Origin: a virus
Taxonomy: Duplodnaviria; Caudoviricetes
IMG/VR virus record: IMGVR_UViG_3300046779_001014
Location: 1-42,229 of that record
DNA length: 42,229 nucleotides
Strand: one strand, 5' to 3'
The position numbers were made by a program, and so were the translations under genes. The notes beneath the pieces were generated by a model. It made no database searches. It saw only the letters and a program-made list of their open reading frames with translations, and was not told the origin of the DNA. Below are positions 1 to 8,369 of this stretch, one piece after another (the stretch's first letter is position 1; each line of letters starts with the position of its first letter).

Positions 1-4
1 ATAT

Positions 5-58
5 AAGATCAGTATCTGGAACTCTCTCATACCCACCTTCCAGGTGCTGATCTTTTTT
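5..58 (+). terminator. Probable intrinsic terminator of the upstream gene
   Basis: Stem aagatcagtatctggaa (5-21) / ttccaggtgctgatctt (38-54) with G-U pairs, 16-nt loop, followed by a T run. Confidence 0.7.
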
Positions 59-65
59 ATTTTAG

Positions 66-74
66 TGATATAAT
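66..74 (+). promoter_or_regulatory. Extended -10 promoter TGATATAAT
   Basis: Directly after the terminator, 9 nt before ATG 84, no SD. Confidence 0.6.
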
Positions 75-83
75 GTAGTTACT

Positions 84-479
84 ATGACATCTTCCTGTGG
101 ACCCGAAACATTTGGTGCTGACCCAGTCATTCTAAAATGGCAGGTAGTCAGAGGCGATACTTCGCCATTACGTGTTCAATTCTTTGAAAACGACGAGGCC
201 ACAGCTTACGATACAGGTTCCTGGCTTTACGAGTCATTCGTTTACGACGTTAGGGGCGATGTCCTAGTAGAACTAGAAACTTCTGCTGGAAATGGCTATG
301 TAGATATAATGGCTGCCCCAGCAATTACCGAACTATGGGGCACAGGATATGCACCAATAGTCGCAGAATTGGCTTTTGATTTACAAGTTACAATTGGCGG
401 AGAAACCGTATGGACACCAGTTATTGGGACCATTGTTGTACTTGGAGACGTTACAGGAGGTTTAAATGCCAACTATTAA
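84..479 (+). CDS. Tail fibre adaptor-like beta-sandwich protein (BppU/LtfC-like)
   Basis: VVRGDT...FDLQVT...GTIVVLGDVT pattern; similar to 1475..1882; precedes a collagen-containing fibre gene. Confidence 0.55.
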   Translation: MTSSCGPETFGADPVILKWQVVRGDTSPLRVQFFENDEATAYDTGSWLYESFVYDVRGDVLVELETSAGNGYVDIMAAPAITELWGTGYAPIVAELAFDLQVTIGGETVWTPVIGTIVVLGDVTGGLNANY

Positions 480-1437
480 GATTGTACCAATGCCAGGAAT
501 TTCAGTGCCTGGCCCACAGGGTCCAGTAGGCCCACAGGGTTCAACAGGACCATCTGGTTTATTTGAAGCAGTAAGGGTTGAAACTGGTGCCTACATACAA
601 CAAGAAACTACAAATATGAGCTTTGTAGTTTATCCACCATTAAGTAGTGGTTGGTCTATTGGACAAAGAGTAAGGCTGTGGCATACAGATCTACAGGGAC
701 TGCATGTGGATGGAACTATAGATTACATAGCTGCAGAATTTAGAGACTCCTTTGGTATCGTTATTGACACCTATAATCTAAGTGGTATGGACACCCTAGA
801 ATATGATATGACATTGCTAACTGATTCATTAGCAAATACTGGAAACTTTCAATTTAATGCAAACACAATATCTACAGATGAAGACATGACAATTACCGTT
901 AATGGGGTTCCAGGAAAAGTAAACATTGGTGGCTACCTCGGAGTTGATCTGCAATTTGCAAATACACCAGGTGCAGGACTAAAATTCCCTGATGATACGG
1001 TACAGACTACAGCGTATCCAGGTCCACAAGCACTATTTCCAGAACCAGTAGACTGGACTCCAGTTATGTCTGGTGACGGCTTTACACAATTTTCAAATCT
1101 AGCTACTGGAACATACATGAAGTATGGAAGAATGGTTGTGGTAAATATGTTTGTTCCTTTTACTAATGTTACTAATTTCGGTACTGGCCAATACTCTGTT
1201 ACCCTGCCATTCCCTGCACTTAACCATCTAGATGTATTTGCTGGATCAGTACATAATACTGGACCAACCACCGATCACTATAGCCTAAAAGGACATCTAA
1301 GTGATGGATCTTCAACAATGACGCTCTGGTACATTAGTGGTTCTTCAAAAGATGAGCCATTCAAATCCAATGCCCCGATCAACCTAAATACAACAGATTT
1401 GTTCCACATGCACTTCATTTATGAAACCGCATCGTAG
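466..1437 (+). CDS. Tail fibre protein with short collagen-like repeat
   Basis: GPQGPVGPQGSTGPSG; LKFPDDTVQTTAY motif; C-terminal WTP...GTYMKYGRMVVV...YSVTLPF beta domain typical of fibre tips. Confidence 0.7.
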   Translation: MPTIKIVPMPGISVPGPQGPVGPQGSTGPSGLFEAVRVETGAYIQQETTNMSFVVYPPLSSGWSIGQRVRLWHTDLQGLHVDGTIDYIAAEFRDSFGIVIDTYNLSGMDTLEYDMTLLTDSLANTGNFQFNANTISTDEDMTITVNGVPGKVNIGGYLGVDLQFANTPGAGLKFPDDTVQTTAYPGPQALFPEPVDWTPVMSGDGFTQFSNLATGTYMKYGRMVVVNMFVPFTNVTNFGTGQYSVTLPFPALNHLDVFAGSVHNTGPTTDHYSLKGHLSDGSSTMTLWYISGSSKDEPFKSNAPINLNTTDLFHMHFIYETAS

Positions 1438-1449
1438 AATTATTTGACG

Positions 1450-1458
1450 TGCTATAAT
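1450..1458 (+). promoter_or_regulatory. Extended -10 promoter TGCTATAAT
   Basis: Intergenic, followed by SD gaggag and ATG 1475. Confidence 0.65.
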
Positions 1459-1474
1459 ATCTAGAGGAGTAAAG

Positions 1475-1882
1475 ATGGCATTTCCAGGTACATACAATTT
1501 TAACTATTACAAAGGCGACACCTTTGAGTTTAAAATCTACCCAAAAACATCCTCTGGTGCAGTTTTTTCAATGAGTGCATATAACAAGACTAGCGGTGCT
1601 AAGTTTGTGATAGCAGAAGAGCGTGGATCAAATGGTTATCTTACACAGGTACCATGTACAGCAGTAATTTCAGACGATGGGACATACCTTACCTGTATTA
1701 TACAGCCAGGCCAGGGTGCTCAGCTGGAACCATCTCTGGTATACGTCTATGACGTAGAGATAAGCAGAGTTGATCAGTCTTCTGGAACCCCAGTTACATA
1801 TACTTATACGCTGCTTACGGGATCAATCACCGTGACGGATCAGGTAGCTGGAGCAACTCCACCATCTGGTAATGGAGGGTAA
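1475..1882 (+). CDS. Tail fibre adaptor-like protein (paralogue of 84..479)
   Basis: YYKGDTF...YVYDVEI...TLLTGSITVTDQV; SD gaggag. Confidence 0.55.
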   Translation: MAFPGTYNFNYYKGDTFEFKIYPKTSSGAVFSMSAYNKTSGAKFVIAEERGSNGYLTQVPCTAVISDDGTYLTCIIQPGQGAQLEPSLVYVYDVEISRVDQSSGTPVTYTYTLLTGSITVTDQVAGATPPSGNGG

Positions 1883-1884
1883 TT

Positions 1885-2880
1885 TTGGTAGACGTTTCAC
1901 AAACATCTAATGATGTTTCTCTTGTCGGCGGACCGTCAATAATAAATTTAGTTGTTGACGCAGGACCGCAGGGTCAGCGTGGCAGTCAGATCTATACTGG
2001 GCCAGGCAATCCAACAGATGAGATTGTTCAGTTACCATCAATTCAGATAAACGACATGTTTATCAACCTTAACCCAGAAAGCCCAGACTACCTATATCTG
2101 TGGCAATACAATAGCCAAGATGGAGTCGTTGCATGGAGAAAAGCACTAAGACTAATTCCAAATACAATTCTTATCAACCCAGTTATTAAGTTTATTAACG
2201 GTGTTGCACACACAAGCGTTCTTTATCAGAATAACTATATCGACGTAAAGGGAATCTACTTCCCACTTGCAGCATTTGGTGAAACAACAGATCTTGAAAA
2301 CTTGAACCCAAGAGACTTTAATATCCAGATGAATTTAATATCGGATAAGGCGACTGCCTACTCTATTAATTTAAAGGAAATCTCAAATCAGATAGATATA
2401 GAGTTTTTGTACTTTAATCCATTGAATCCGTCGGATCCTCTAAACGGCACATACGTTGCAGTAAACAACTTTGATTTCCAGGCTAACGTGCTTTCTGCAG
2501 ATTTGACAGCAGTAGAGCATGTGTCTGCAACAAATACCATGGCTGGAATTAATGGCTACAGGATTGTTCACTTCCTAGCTACATTGGGTGGTAAATCACC
2601 AAGCCTACTAGAGTTTGACGCAACAGATGTTAACGAAACCCTAGAGCTTATTGGAATTACAAACCATGGACTATCTACTGGTGCGAAGGTTGTGTATCTA
2701 AAGAATCCTGTCAGTGCAGCCATAGGTGGTCTTTCAGATCAGTCAGAATATTACGTAACTAGAATTGATGAAGATACAATTGCACTACGTGACACGCCTG
2801 TCTCTCTAACTCCAATCAACCTATCAATTGGAACTGCAACAGGAGTACATGCATTATCAGTAGTAGGAGCAGGACTATAA
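1885..2880 (+). CDS. Tail fibre/virion structural protein
   Basis: TTG start after ggagg; GPQGQRGS-IYTGPGNP; C-terminal TNHGLSTGAKVVY...GGL...YYV beta-barrel motif common in tail proteins. Confidence 0.6.
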   Translation: MVDVSQTSNDVSLVGGPSIINLVVDAGPQGQRGSQIYTGPGNPTDEIVQLPSIQINDMFINLNPESPDYLYLWQYNSQDGVVAWRKALRLIPNTILINPVIKFINGVAHTSVLYQNNYIDVKGIYFPLAAFGETTDLENLNPRDFNIQMNLISDKATAYSINLKEISNQIDIEFLYFNPLNPSDPLNGTYVAVNNFDFQANVLSADLTAVEHVSATNTMAGINGYRIVHFLATLGGKSPSLLEFDATDVNETLELIGITNHGLSTGAKVVYLKNPVSAAIGGLSDQSEYYVTRIDEDTIALRDTPVSLTPINLSIGTATGVHALSVVGAGL

Positions 2881-2881
2881 A

Positions 2882-3361
2882 ATGACAGTAAATATTAACC
2901 CAAACTATGATCCAAATATAACTGGAAATGAGCTTTACAATACCCAAATTCCTGCATTGTCAGAAAATGCAAATATTCAAGAAGCTCTCCGTGTATATCA
3001 CTATGGAGTCGGAACTGGAGTTCCTACTACAAATAGTCAAATCCAGGAACAGTCAATTGCTGGTCACTTGAAGAAGATTAAAACCGATCTTACAACTTTG
3101 CAGAACAAAGGGCTAGGGTCATCGTACACATCTACCGAACCAACATCTATCGACAGTGGCTATGTTTGGGTAGATGCTGATTCGGCAGCACCAATTTTCG
3201 GATCTCCACCAGCCACAATACCATCAGTTGCTAAATATCAGAATACCGCACCAACTACTAATTTAGTAGATGGAATGCTTTGGGTAGACAAAGACTCATC
3301 TCCACTCAAAATGTATATCTATGATTTAACAACTACCACCTGGAGAGAAATAGGGGCATAA
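2882..3361 (+). CDS. Virion fibre-associated protein
   Basis: Two P-x(4-6)-G-x-x-WVD motifs (EPTSIDSGYVWVD, APTTNLVDGMLWVD); coupled to neighbours. Confidence 0.55.
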   Translation: MTVNINPNYDPNITGNELYNTQIPALSENANIQEALRVYHYGVGTGVPTTNSQIQEQSIAGHLKKIKTDLTTLQNKGLGSSYTSTEPTSIDSGYVWVDADSAAPIFGSPPATIPSVAKYQNTAPTTNLVDGMLWVDKDSSPLKMYIYDLTTTTWREIGA

Positions 3362-4017
3362 TGTCAACAATTAGTAATATCGGAAAAATAGCTTATATTT
3401 ACGATCAGCCAACCGATACCTGGCATCCAGTAGCTGGTATGACTGACACATCAGCCGATATCACGTGGACTGGCGACCACACTTTTTCTTCATCTAGCGA
3501 TATCGTTATAAACAAAACTGCGGTCGCAAAGAATGGTATAAATAACTTTGGAAGCGTCTCTGAAAGAAATACAAAGATTCCAACACCAACAGATGGCACT
3601 TTTGCATTGTTTGTAAATGGAACATCTATGTATGTTCAGTATTATCATGCAGGTGCTTGGAGACTGTACGGTAGCGACGCATATCTAGAAGAGCGTACAT
3701 CAGCAAATATGCCAGATGGAGTAACATACACGATACAGGCATCTGACGCTGGTAAGACGCTGGACATGAACCTAGTAGCATCTCATACTGTAAAAGTGCC
3801 ATTAGACTCAACTGCAAATCTACCAATCGGATCACAGCTGGCATTTATTCAGGCAAACACTGGACAGACAGCATTTGAAGGCGAAGCTGTAGGTATTAAC
3901 TCAGTAACTATTTTGAGCAAAAACTCTAATAAAAAGCTAGCATCCAGATATTCGCAGGGGCTTTTGATAAAGAAAGCAGCAAATACCTGGTATCTAATGG
4001 GTGACCTAACGGCATAG
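3361..4017 (+). CDS. Fibre protein with C-terminal adaptor-like domain
   Basis: C-terminus YTIQASDAGK...PIGSQLAFIQ...SRYS...NTWYLMGDL, homologous to the C-terminus of 10630..11502. Confidence 0.6.
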   Translation: MSTISNIGKIAYIYDQPTDTWHPVAGMTDTSADITWTGDHTFSSSSDIVINKTAVAKNGINNFGSVSERNTKIPTPTDGTFALFVNGTSMYVQYYHAGAWRLYGSDAYLEERTSANMPDGVTYTIQASDAGKTLDMNLVASHTVKVPLDSTANLPIGSQLAFIQANTGQTAFEGEAVGINSVTILSKNSNKKLASRYSQGLLIKKAANTWYLMGDLTA

Positions 4018-4024
4018 GACCAGC

Positions 4025-4906
4025 ATGTTAGGTATTGGAGGAAAGTTTGCTGCTTCTAAAGGAATGGTTGTCGTTCCGAATCTTTCTGGGCTATCCTCTT
4101 CCGCAGCCAATGCATTATTGTCTAGCTATGGACTAATATCTGGTTCTGTTTCTTCTACTTCTACTGGAAATTCTTCACTAAATAATACAGTTTATTCTCA
4201 GAGCATTTCTGCTGGAACACTAGTCGAATATGAAACATCTGTTGGCTATGTTCTTTATTCTTATGTTGCACCACCACCACCAACTGGACCAACCCTGGTT
4301 AGTGATAGTGGCTGTGTCTATACAGATTCAATTAACTATAGAATTGTCTGTACTCCTTACGTGGGTGTCGGATATGGATATTCCACCTGGGACGACAGGA
4401 CATATGGCATAAGAACCTACTCTGATGGGTCAAGCATAGAGTACACTTGCAGTGTAACACCTGGCGGTAATGAAGGAAACATCGTAGGACAGCTAACCGA
4501 GTGTGGATATGTGGCACCAACGTGTTCTGGATCGTATAAAGATAATGTTGGATTTACTGGATCATGCTCTGGTGGTCAAAGATGTACATATTATAACTGG
4601 TATGACTCTTGTGGAAACTATCTCAAGACTACTCAGGGTGGATGTACTGATTGCTGTACCGCAGGTCTAATATCTTGCAGCACAGTTCAGGTAGCAAATG
4701 GTGTATTCGTTAAGACATGTACCTACAGGAGAGCAGACTGCTCCACTTATACCGAAAGCACAACCACCTGTACAGCAACATCATCAACATCTTGCGGAAG
4801 CTGTGTTTATGCTGGATACACAATCGGATCATATAAGAGTTGCACAACAACTACTAGAAGTACATCATGTACTACATCAACATCTACAAAATCTGTTAAG
4901 TGCTAA
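4025..4906 (+). CDS. PASTA-domain protein with Pro linker and Cys/Thr/Ser-rich C-terminal region (putative adhesin/fibre tip)
   Basis: VVVPNLSGLSSSAANALLSSYGL...TVYSQS..AGTLV matches the PASTA pattern; PPPPT linker; 20 Cys counted in the last ~200 aa. Confidence 0.65.
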   Translation: MLGIGGKFAASKGMVVVPNLSGLSSSAANALLSSYGLISGSVSSTSTGNSSLNNTVYSQSISAGTLVEYETSVGYVLYSYVAPPPPTGPTLVSDSGCVYTDSINYRIVCTPYVGVGYGYSTWDDRTYGIRTYSDGSSIEYTCSVTPGGNEGNIVGQLTECGYVAPTCSGSYKDNVGFTGSCSGGQRCTYYNWYDSCGNYLKTTQGGCTDCCTAGLISCSTVQVANGVFVKTCTYRRADCSTYTESTTTCTATSSTSCGSCVYAGYTIGSYKSCTTTTRSTSCTTSTSTKSVKC

Positions 4907-4915
4907 TGCTATAAT
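4907..4915 (+). promoter_or_regulatory. Extended -10 promoter TGCTATAAT, leaderless geometry
   Basis: 6 nt between the motif and ATG 4922, no SD. Confidence 0.65.
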
Positions 4916-4921
4916 AGACAT

Positions 4922-5176
4922 ATGAGTGAAGATGTTGAATTTAAGAAAATAGCCTTTATGGTGGGTAATGAAGTGTTTTATGTTATGCATATCCCACAGG
5001 TACCAGAATTTACAGGTGTATACGAAGGCATGCTGTCAGGACCAACACTGGTCGATGTAACACATGACGATTTTTTTGTAGAAGCTGGAGCCAGACTGAT
5101 TGATGGTGAATTCTATGTACCAGTTTCAAAATTTAAAGCTAACCAAATCCAAGAACCAGATTACGAGGTAGAGTAA
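4922..5176 (+). CDS. Small acidic hypothetical protein (possible fibre assembly chaperone)
   Basis: 84-aa ORF with its own promoter, TAATG-coupled to the next gene. Confidence 0.55.
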   Translation: MSEDVEFKKIAFMVGNEVFYVMHIPQVPEFTGVYEGMLSGPTLVDVTHDDFFVEAGARLIDGEFYVPVSKFKANQIQEPDYEVE

Positions 5177-5430
5177 TGTCTAAAAGTCCATTTCAGCAGT
5201 GGAAAGAAAATCTTGGAGAGACTAGGCCATGGGATCTTTTAAACCCAAAAACAGAATTTGTGGATAAAGAAACTGCACAGTCAAGATATGATGTTTGTAA
5301 AGGTTGCCCGTTTCTGTTGCCAACAACACAGTGTTCTAGGTGTGGATGTCTAATGAAGGCAAAGGTCAAGCTAGCAAATGCAGAATGCCCAGAACACAAA
5401 TGGGGTAAGTCTAACCAGGAAAATCACTAA
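5176..5430 (+). CDS. Small Cys-cluster protein, DUF6171-like
   Basis: RYDVCKGC...QCSRCGCLMKAK...ECPEHKW. Confidence 0.65.
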   Translation: MSKSPFQQWKENLGETRPWDLLNPKTEFVDKETAQSRYDVCKGCPFLLPTTQCSRCGCLMKAKVKLANAECPEHKWGKSNQENH

Positions 5431-5923
5431 TAATATTTAGTGCACTATTTTCTGTAGACCAGGCAGACCAGTTCTTCCCACCACTTGACATCTGATACGC
5501 AATTTTTGCGTTAGTCAATGCATCAAATAAATCATCTTCAGACTTGAGGTTGTACTTGGCTACCCTGTTAGTACCTAAAGACCCAGACATATTAATCTGA
5601 AAAAGTCCATAGCAATCGCTAGACTTGTTGTATGCCATTGGGCGTTTGGTGGACTCCTTGACTGCAATTGCCCACGCATATTTTAGTGCATACCCAGAAA
5701 ATCCAGCTTGCTTAAGAATTGAGATTAACTCATGATCAGATAGCATTGTTTTTGCTGTAACTGGTGCTTTTACAATCTTATACTCACCACGCTCAAAGCT
5801 AACTTCTTGACTTTTAGGCACGGTAAGTGTTTGCAGATTAAGATCAGTAGGCTGTCCCATAATGCTAGAAGCAGTTAATGAGACAACCATACTGATTGAT
5901 CCAAATAATACGTTGGTATTCAT
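5411..5923 (-). CDS. Secreted lysozyme-fold lytic transglycosylase (SLT-like)
   Basis: AIAVKES (catalytic Glu), YGLFQIN, DLFDALTNAKIA, WSAWS; hydrophobic N-terminus. Confidence 0.85.
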   Translation of the reverse strand: MNTNVLFGSISMVVSLTASSIMGQPTDLNLQTLTVPKSQEVSFERGEYKIVKAPVTAKTMLSDHELISILKQAGFSGYALKYAWAIAVKESTKRPMAYNKSSDCYGLFQINMSGSLGTNRVAKYNLKSEDDLFDALTNAKIAYQMSSGGKNWSAWSTENSALNIISDFPG

Positions 5924-6504
5924 TAGTTCCTCAAGTCAGAATCAATAAAGTTTCTGTATGTAATATCAGAGTACTTTCCACCAAAGTCTTCTACATTGTC
6001 TATAGCAGTAACATGTCCACGTTTAGGTGCATGGATCATGTTGCCATCACCAATGTAGATGCCAACATGGTAAGCATCCTTGGATCCATTGTAATGAAAT
6101 ACTACAAGATCTCCAGGCTTAGGATTGTTTGTTTTGGTACCGCTTGTATCTTGCTTAGATGCTCTATGCTCTAGCTGGATATCAAGCTGCTCATAGAACC
6201 ACATTGTAAGTCCAGAACAGTCCCACCCAGATGGGGTAGATCCAGAGAATACGTACCAAGTTTTACCAACATGACTCTTAAGCTTTTTGATGGCAGACTT
6301 TATTTTCTTACCATTAGCCATTAGTCTTTGCTCTTCAAGGAACTCTGCTTGGGCAGCAGCTTTTAGTTCAGCCTTGTTTAGCATAGATACAGAAGTATGA
6401 TTACCACGCTCTGGCCTAATACTTTCTTGAGTATAAGTACTTGCGGTAACTCCGCCAGTAGTTAAGGATATCACGGTAGCACTAATTATTAAGAATTCTT
6501 TCAT
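5923..6504 (-). CDS. Secreted NlpC/P60 peptidoglycan endopeptidase
   Basis: YVFSGSTPSGWDCSGL, PGDLVVF, HVGIYIG, MIHA (Cys-His-His triad); signal-peptide-like N-terminus. Confidence 0.93.
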   Translation of the reverse strand: MKEFLIISATVISLTTGGVTASTYTQESIRPERGNHTSVSMLNKAELKAAAQAEFLEEQRLMANGKKIKSAIKKLKSHVGKTWYVFSGSTPSGWDCSGLTMWFYEQLDIQLEHRASKQDTSGTKTNNPKPGDLVVFHYNGSKDAYHVGIYIGDGNMIHAPKRGHVTAIDNVEDFGGKYSDITYRNFIDSDLRN

Positions 6505-6506
6505 AA

Positions 6507-6563
6507 TTAGAACCCACCTTTTTGAGGGGTATTTCTATAGTTGTTTAATGCAGCAAAAATCAT
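6507..6563 (-). CDS. Small upstream ORF, 18 aa MIFAALNNYRNTPQKGGF
   Basis: SD AAGGAGGT 7 nt before ATG; stop lies 2 nt before the NlpC/P60 ATG. Confidence 0.5.
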   Translation of the reverse strand: MIFAALNNYRNTPQKGGF

Positions 6564-6593
6564 AATTGCTACCTCCTTTTTATTCTTTTCGTT

Positions 6594-6609
6594 GTTACAA
6601 CCCTGTCAC
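6594..6609. promoter_or_regulatory. GTnAC-N6-GTnAC direct repeat (MtrA/GlnR-type box)
   Basis: GTTAC aaccct GTCAC. Confidence 0.45.
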
Positions 6610-6631
6610 GGTCTTGGCGACAATATTTTTA

Positions 6632-6706
6632 TTAGTGCGATAGCAATAAAATTGTCTGTTTTTTAGAGTTAGTACTCAATGTCACTTTGTTGTCACTCTG
6701 TTTCAT
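6632..6706 (-). CDS. Small upstream ORF, 24 aa MKQSDNKVTLSTNSKKQTILLLSH
   Basis: SD AGGAGGA 6 nt before ATG; first ORF after the minus-strand promoter. Confidence 0.4.
   Translation of the reverse strand: MKQSDNKVTLSTNSKKQTILLLSH
6681..6696. promoter_or_regulatory. GTnAC-N6-GTnAC direct repeat (MtrA/GlnR-type box)
   Basis: GTCAC tttgtt GTCAC, inside the 11-bp tandem tgtcactttgt/tgtcactctgt (6680-6701). Confidence 0.5.
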
Positions 6707-6756
6707 CGTTTGTCCTCCTAGAACAAAAACTTCCTTTTGGAGGAAGTTGTCCTAAT

Positions 6757-6786
6757 ATTCTACCACTTTTTATGGCTTTTTGTCAA
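6757..6786 (-). promoter_or_regulatory. Consensus primary-sigma promoter for the hydrolase operon
   Basis: Minus strand TTGACA-18 nt-TAGAAT with TGG extension. Confidence 0.8.
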
Positions 6787-6809
6787 AGCAAAATATATTT
6801 TAAAAAATG

Positions 6810-6818
6810 TGGTATTAT
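6810..6818 (+). promoter_or_regulatory. Extended -10 promoter TGGTATTAT (divergent)
   Basis: Followed by SD aggagagg and ATG 6840. Confidence 0.55.
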
Positions 6819-6839
6819 ATAAAAGAATAGGAGAGGTAT

Positions 6840-7121
6840 ATGTACACTTACCAAATTGGTCCAAACAACACAGTTCTAGTGTTTGTAGAAGGACAAGAGG
6901 CACCGCTCTTGGCACAGCCAGGATACCCAAATGGAGATGCTTGGGAAAGCACAAAAAAGGCTGAAGCATGGGCAAAGCTTTTTATCGCATCAATTGAGGA
7001 CGAAGTTGCACCATATGCTCCAGAAGGCAAAGGGCTTGCAGGAAAGCCAAAGCCAACAGCAGAAGAGATTGCTGAATTTGAGGCTACCCTACGTGGCCCA
7101 CAGCCGACAGAGGGAGAATAA
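6840..7121 (+). CDS. Small hypothetical protein (possible chaperone of the downstream adhesin)
   Basis: Strong SD; QPGYPNGDAW...AEAWA; first gene of a two-gene cassette. Confidence 0.6.
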   Translation: MYTYQIGPNNTVLVFVEGQEAPLLAQPGYPNGDAWESTKKAEAWAKLFIASIEDEVAPYAPEGKGLAGKPKPTAEEIAEFEATLRGPQPTEGE

Positions 7122-7124
7122 TTT

Positions 7125-8300
7125 ATGACTACAATGAAACATGCATTAGGATACAACAAGGATGGAATTCTTGGGGTTGCAGGGCTTCTTAATGGATTGT
7201 CCTCAGCAGCTAAGTTCCTAGGATTCTCTGCGATGTCAAATAAATTTGGTAATGAGGCTGGAGTTTTTGCTTTCTTGAATTCTCCAACAGCTAATGCTCA
7301 AACTACAGTATCGCCGCTAGTTGCACTACCATCGAGCTATGCTGGAGGAAATGGAATTCACGCTTACGTGCTTCAGGCAGCATATCTTCAATCTGGACTT
7401 TCCACGCTAGTATATACAAAAGATGGAGTAACTCTATCAGTTGTCGAAACTCTCGGAAGTAATATAAATCTAGTAGCAGGATCCCAGACTGCATCTATTC
7501 AGTACATCACGTACTCTGAAGAAGCTAGAGAGTTCTTCCTTAAAGTCTATATCAATGTAACTGGTCAATCAAATATATTCAAAACCTCAGACTTTGAGAC
7601 ATTCGTAGACCTAGGAGTATCTCCAATTGGATCATACACATCGTCAAATATAATTGCTGATGGATCTGGAAAGCTATATATGGCAGACTCTATGGGTGGA
7701 CAGGCATATTTTTCTACAAATGGTGGAACTACTTGGACAGCTAGTACGTTCTATGGTCCAGGAGGATCTTCTGCAGTTAGCAGCAACAACCTAAGATATA
7801 TTGGCAAGACAAGTACTGGTCAGGTAGTCCTATCACAGGCCTCTTCCATTATAATTTCAGCAGAGCCATGGGAAAGTTCAATTGACTACATTACAACAGA
7901 TTTTGCTAATGGATATCTAGCAACATCGATGGCAATTCAATCTGGATCTGGGTTCTATAGACCAGTGATTGCTAATGATGTTGTGTATTCTATCAATAAT
8001 ATGGGAACTGGATTTAGAGGGCTAAATATCGCAGAAATTGTTGCTACAGGCAATAAGACACAGATGATCAACGTTGATGGATACTATTCAGACTCATCTC
8101 TTCCAAGTGAATGGAATAGAAATCTAGCTTCAATAGATGGAATAGCATATGGTTTTATAATTATGAATAATGGCATGTCTATTATGCTAGGAGTCTATGA
8201 GCTTAGTGCTAGCCAAACCAGTATCTCTGGAACTATGGTTAACATGCAGTCTATATCAGATCTTAATAACTACTACACTTCAGCTTCAGTTATTGGCTAG
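7125..8300 (+). CDS. Putative receptor-binding protein, beta-propeller/BNR-like
   Basis: Asp-box-like YFSTNGGTTW and FKTSDFETF; Ser/Gly/Asn/Tyr rich. Confidence 0.55.
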   Translation: MTTMKHALGYNKDGILGVAGLLNGLSSAAKFLGFSAMSNKFGNEAGVFAFLNSPTANAQTTVSPLVALPSSYAGGNGIHAYVLQAAYLQSGLSTLVYTKDGVTLSVVETLGSNINLVAGSQTASIQYITYSEEAREFFLKVYINVTGQSNIFKTSDFETFVDLGVSPIGSYTSSNIIADGSGKLYMADSMGGQAYFSTNGGTTWTASTFYGPGGSSAVSSNNLRYIGKTSTGQVVLSQASSIIISAEPWESSIDYITTDFANGYLATSMAIQSGSGFYRPVIANDVVYSINNMGTGFRGLNIAEIVATGNKTQMINVDGYYSDSSLPSEWNRNLASIDGIAYGFIIMNNGMSIMLGVYELSASQTSISGTMVNMQSISDLNNYYTSASVIG

Positions 8301-8314
8301 TAGTAATGTTAAAG

Positions 8315-8347
8315 AATACCCTCACCAAACGGTGGGGGTATTTTTTT
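8315..8347 (+). terminator. Intrinsic terminator
   Basis: aataccctcacc-aaac-ggtgggggtatt followed by a T run. Confidence 0.85.
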
Positions 8348-8354
8348 ATAAACA

Positions 8355-8363
8355 TGCTATAAT
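8355..8363 (+). promoter_or_regulatory. Extended -10 promoter TGCTATAAT, leaderless geometry
   Basis: Right after the terminator, 6 nt before ATG 8370. Confidence 0.7.
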
Positions 8364-8369
8364 AAACCT

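Noticed and set aside
6505-6756. c-di-AMP (ydaO) riboswitch expected before actinobacterial wall hydrolases
   Set aside because: The conserved GCUGAAUCC, GGAACC and GGGUGAAU-type segments were not found by eye
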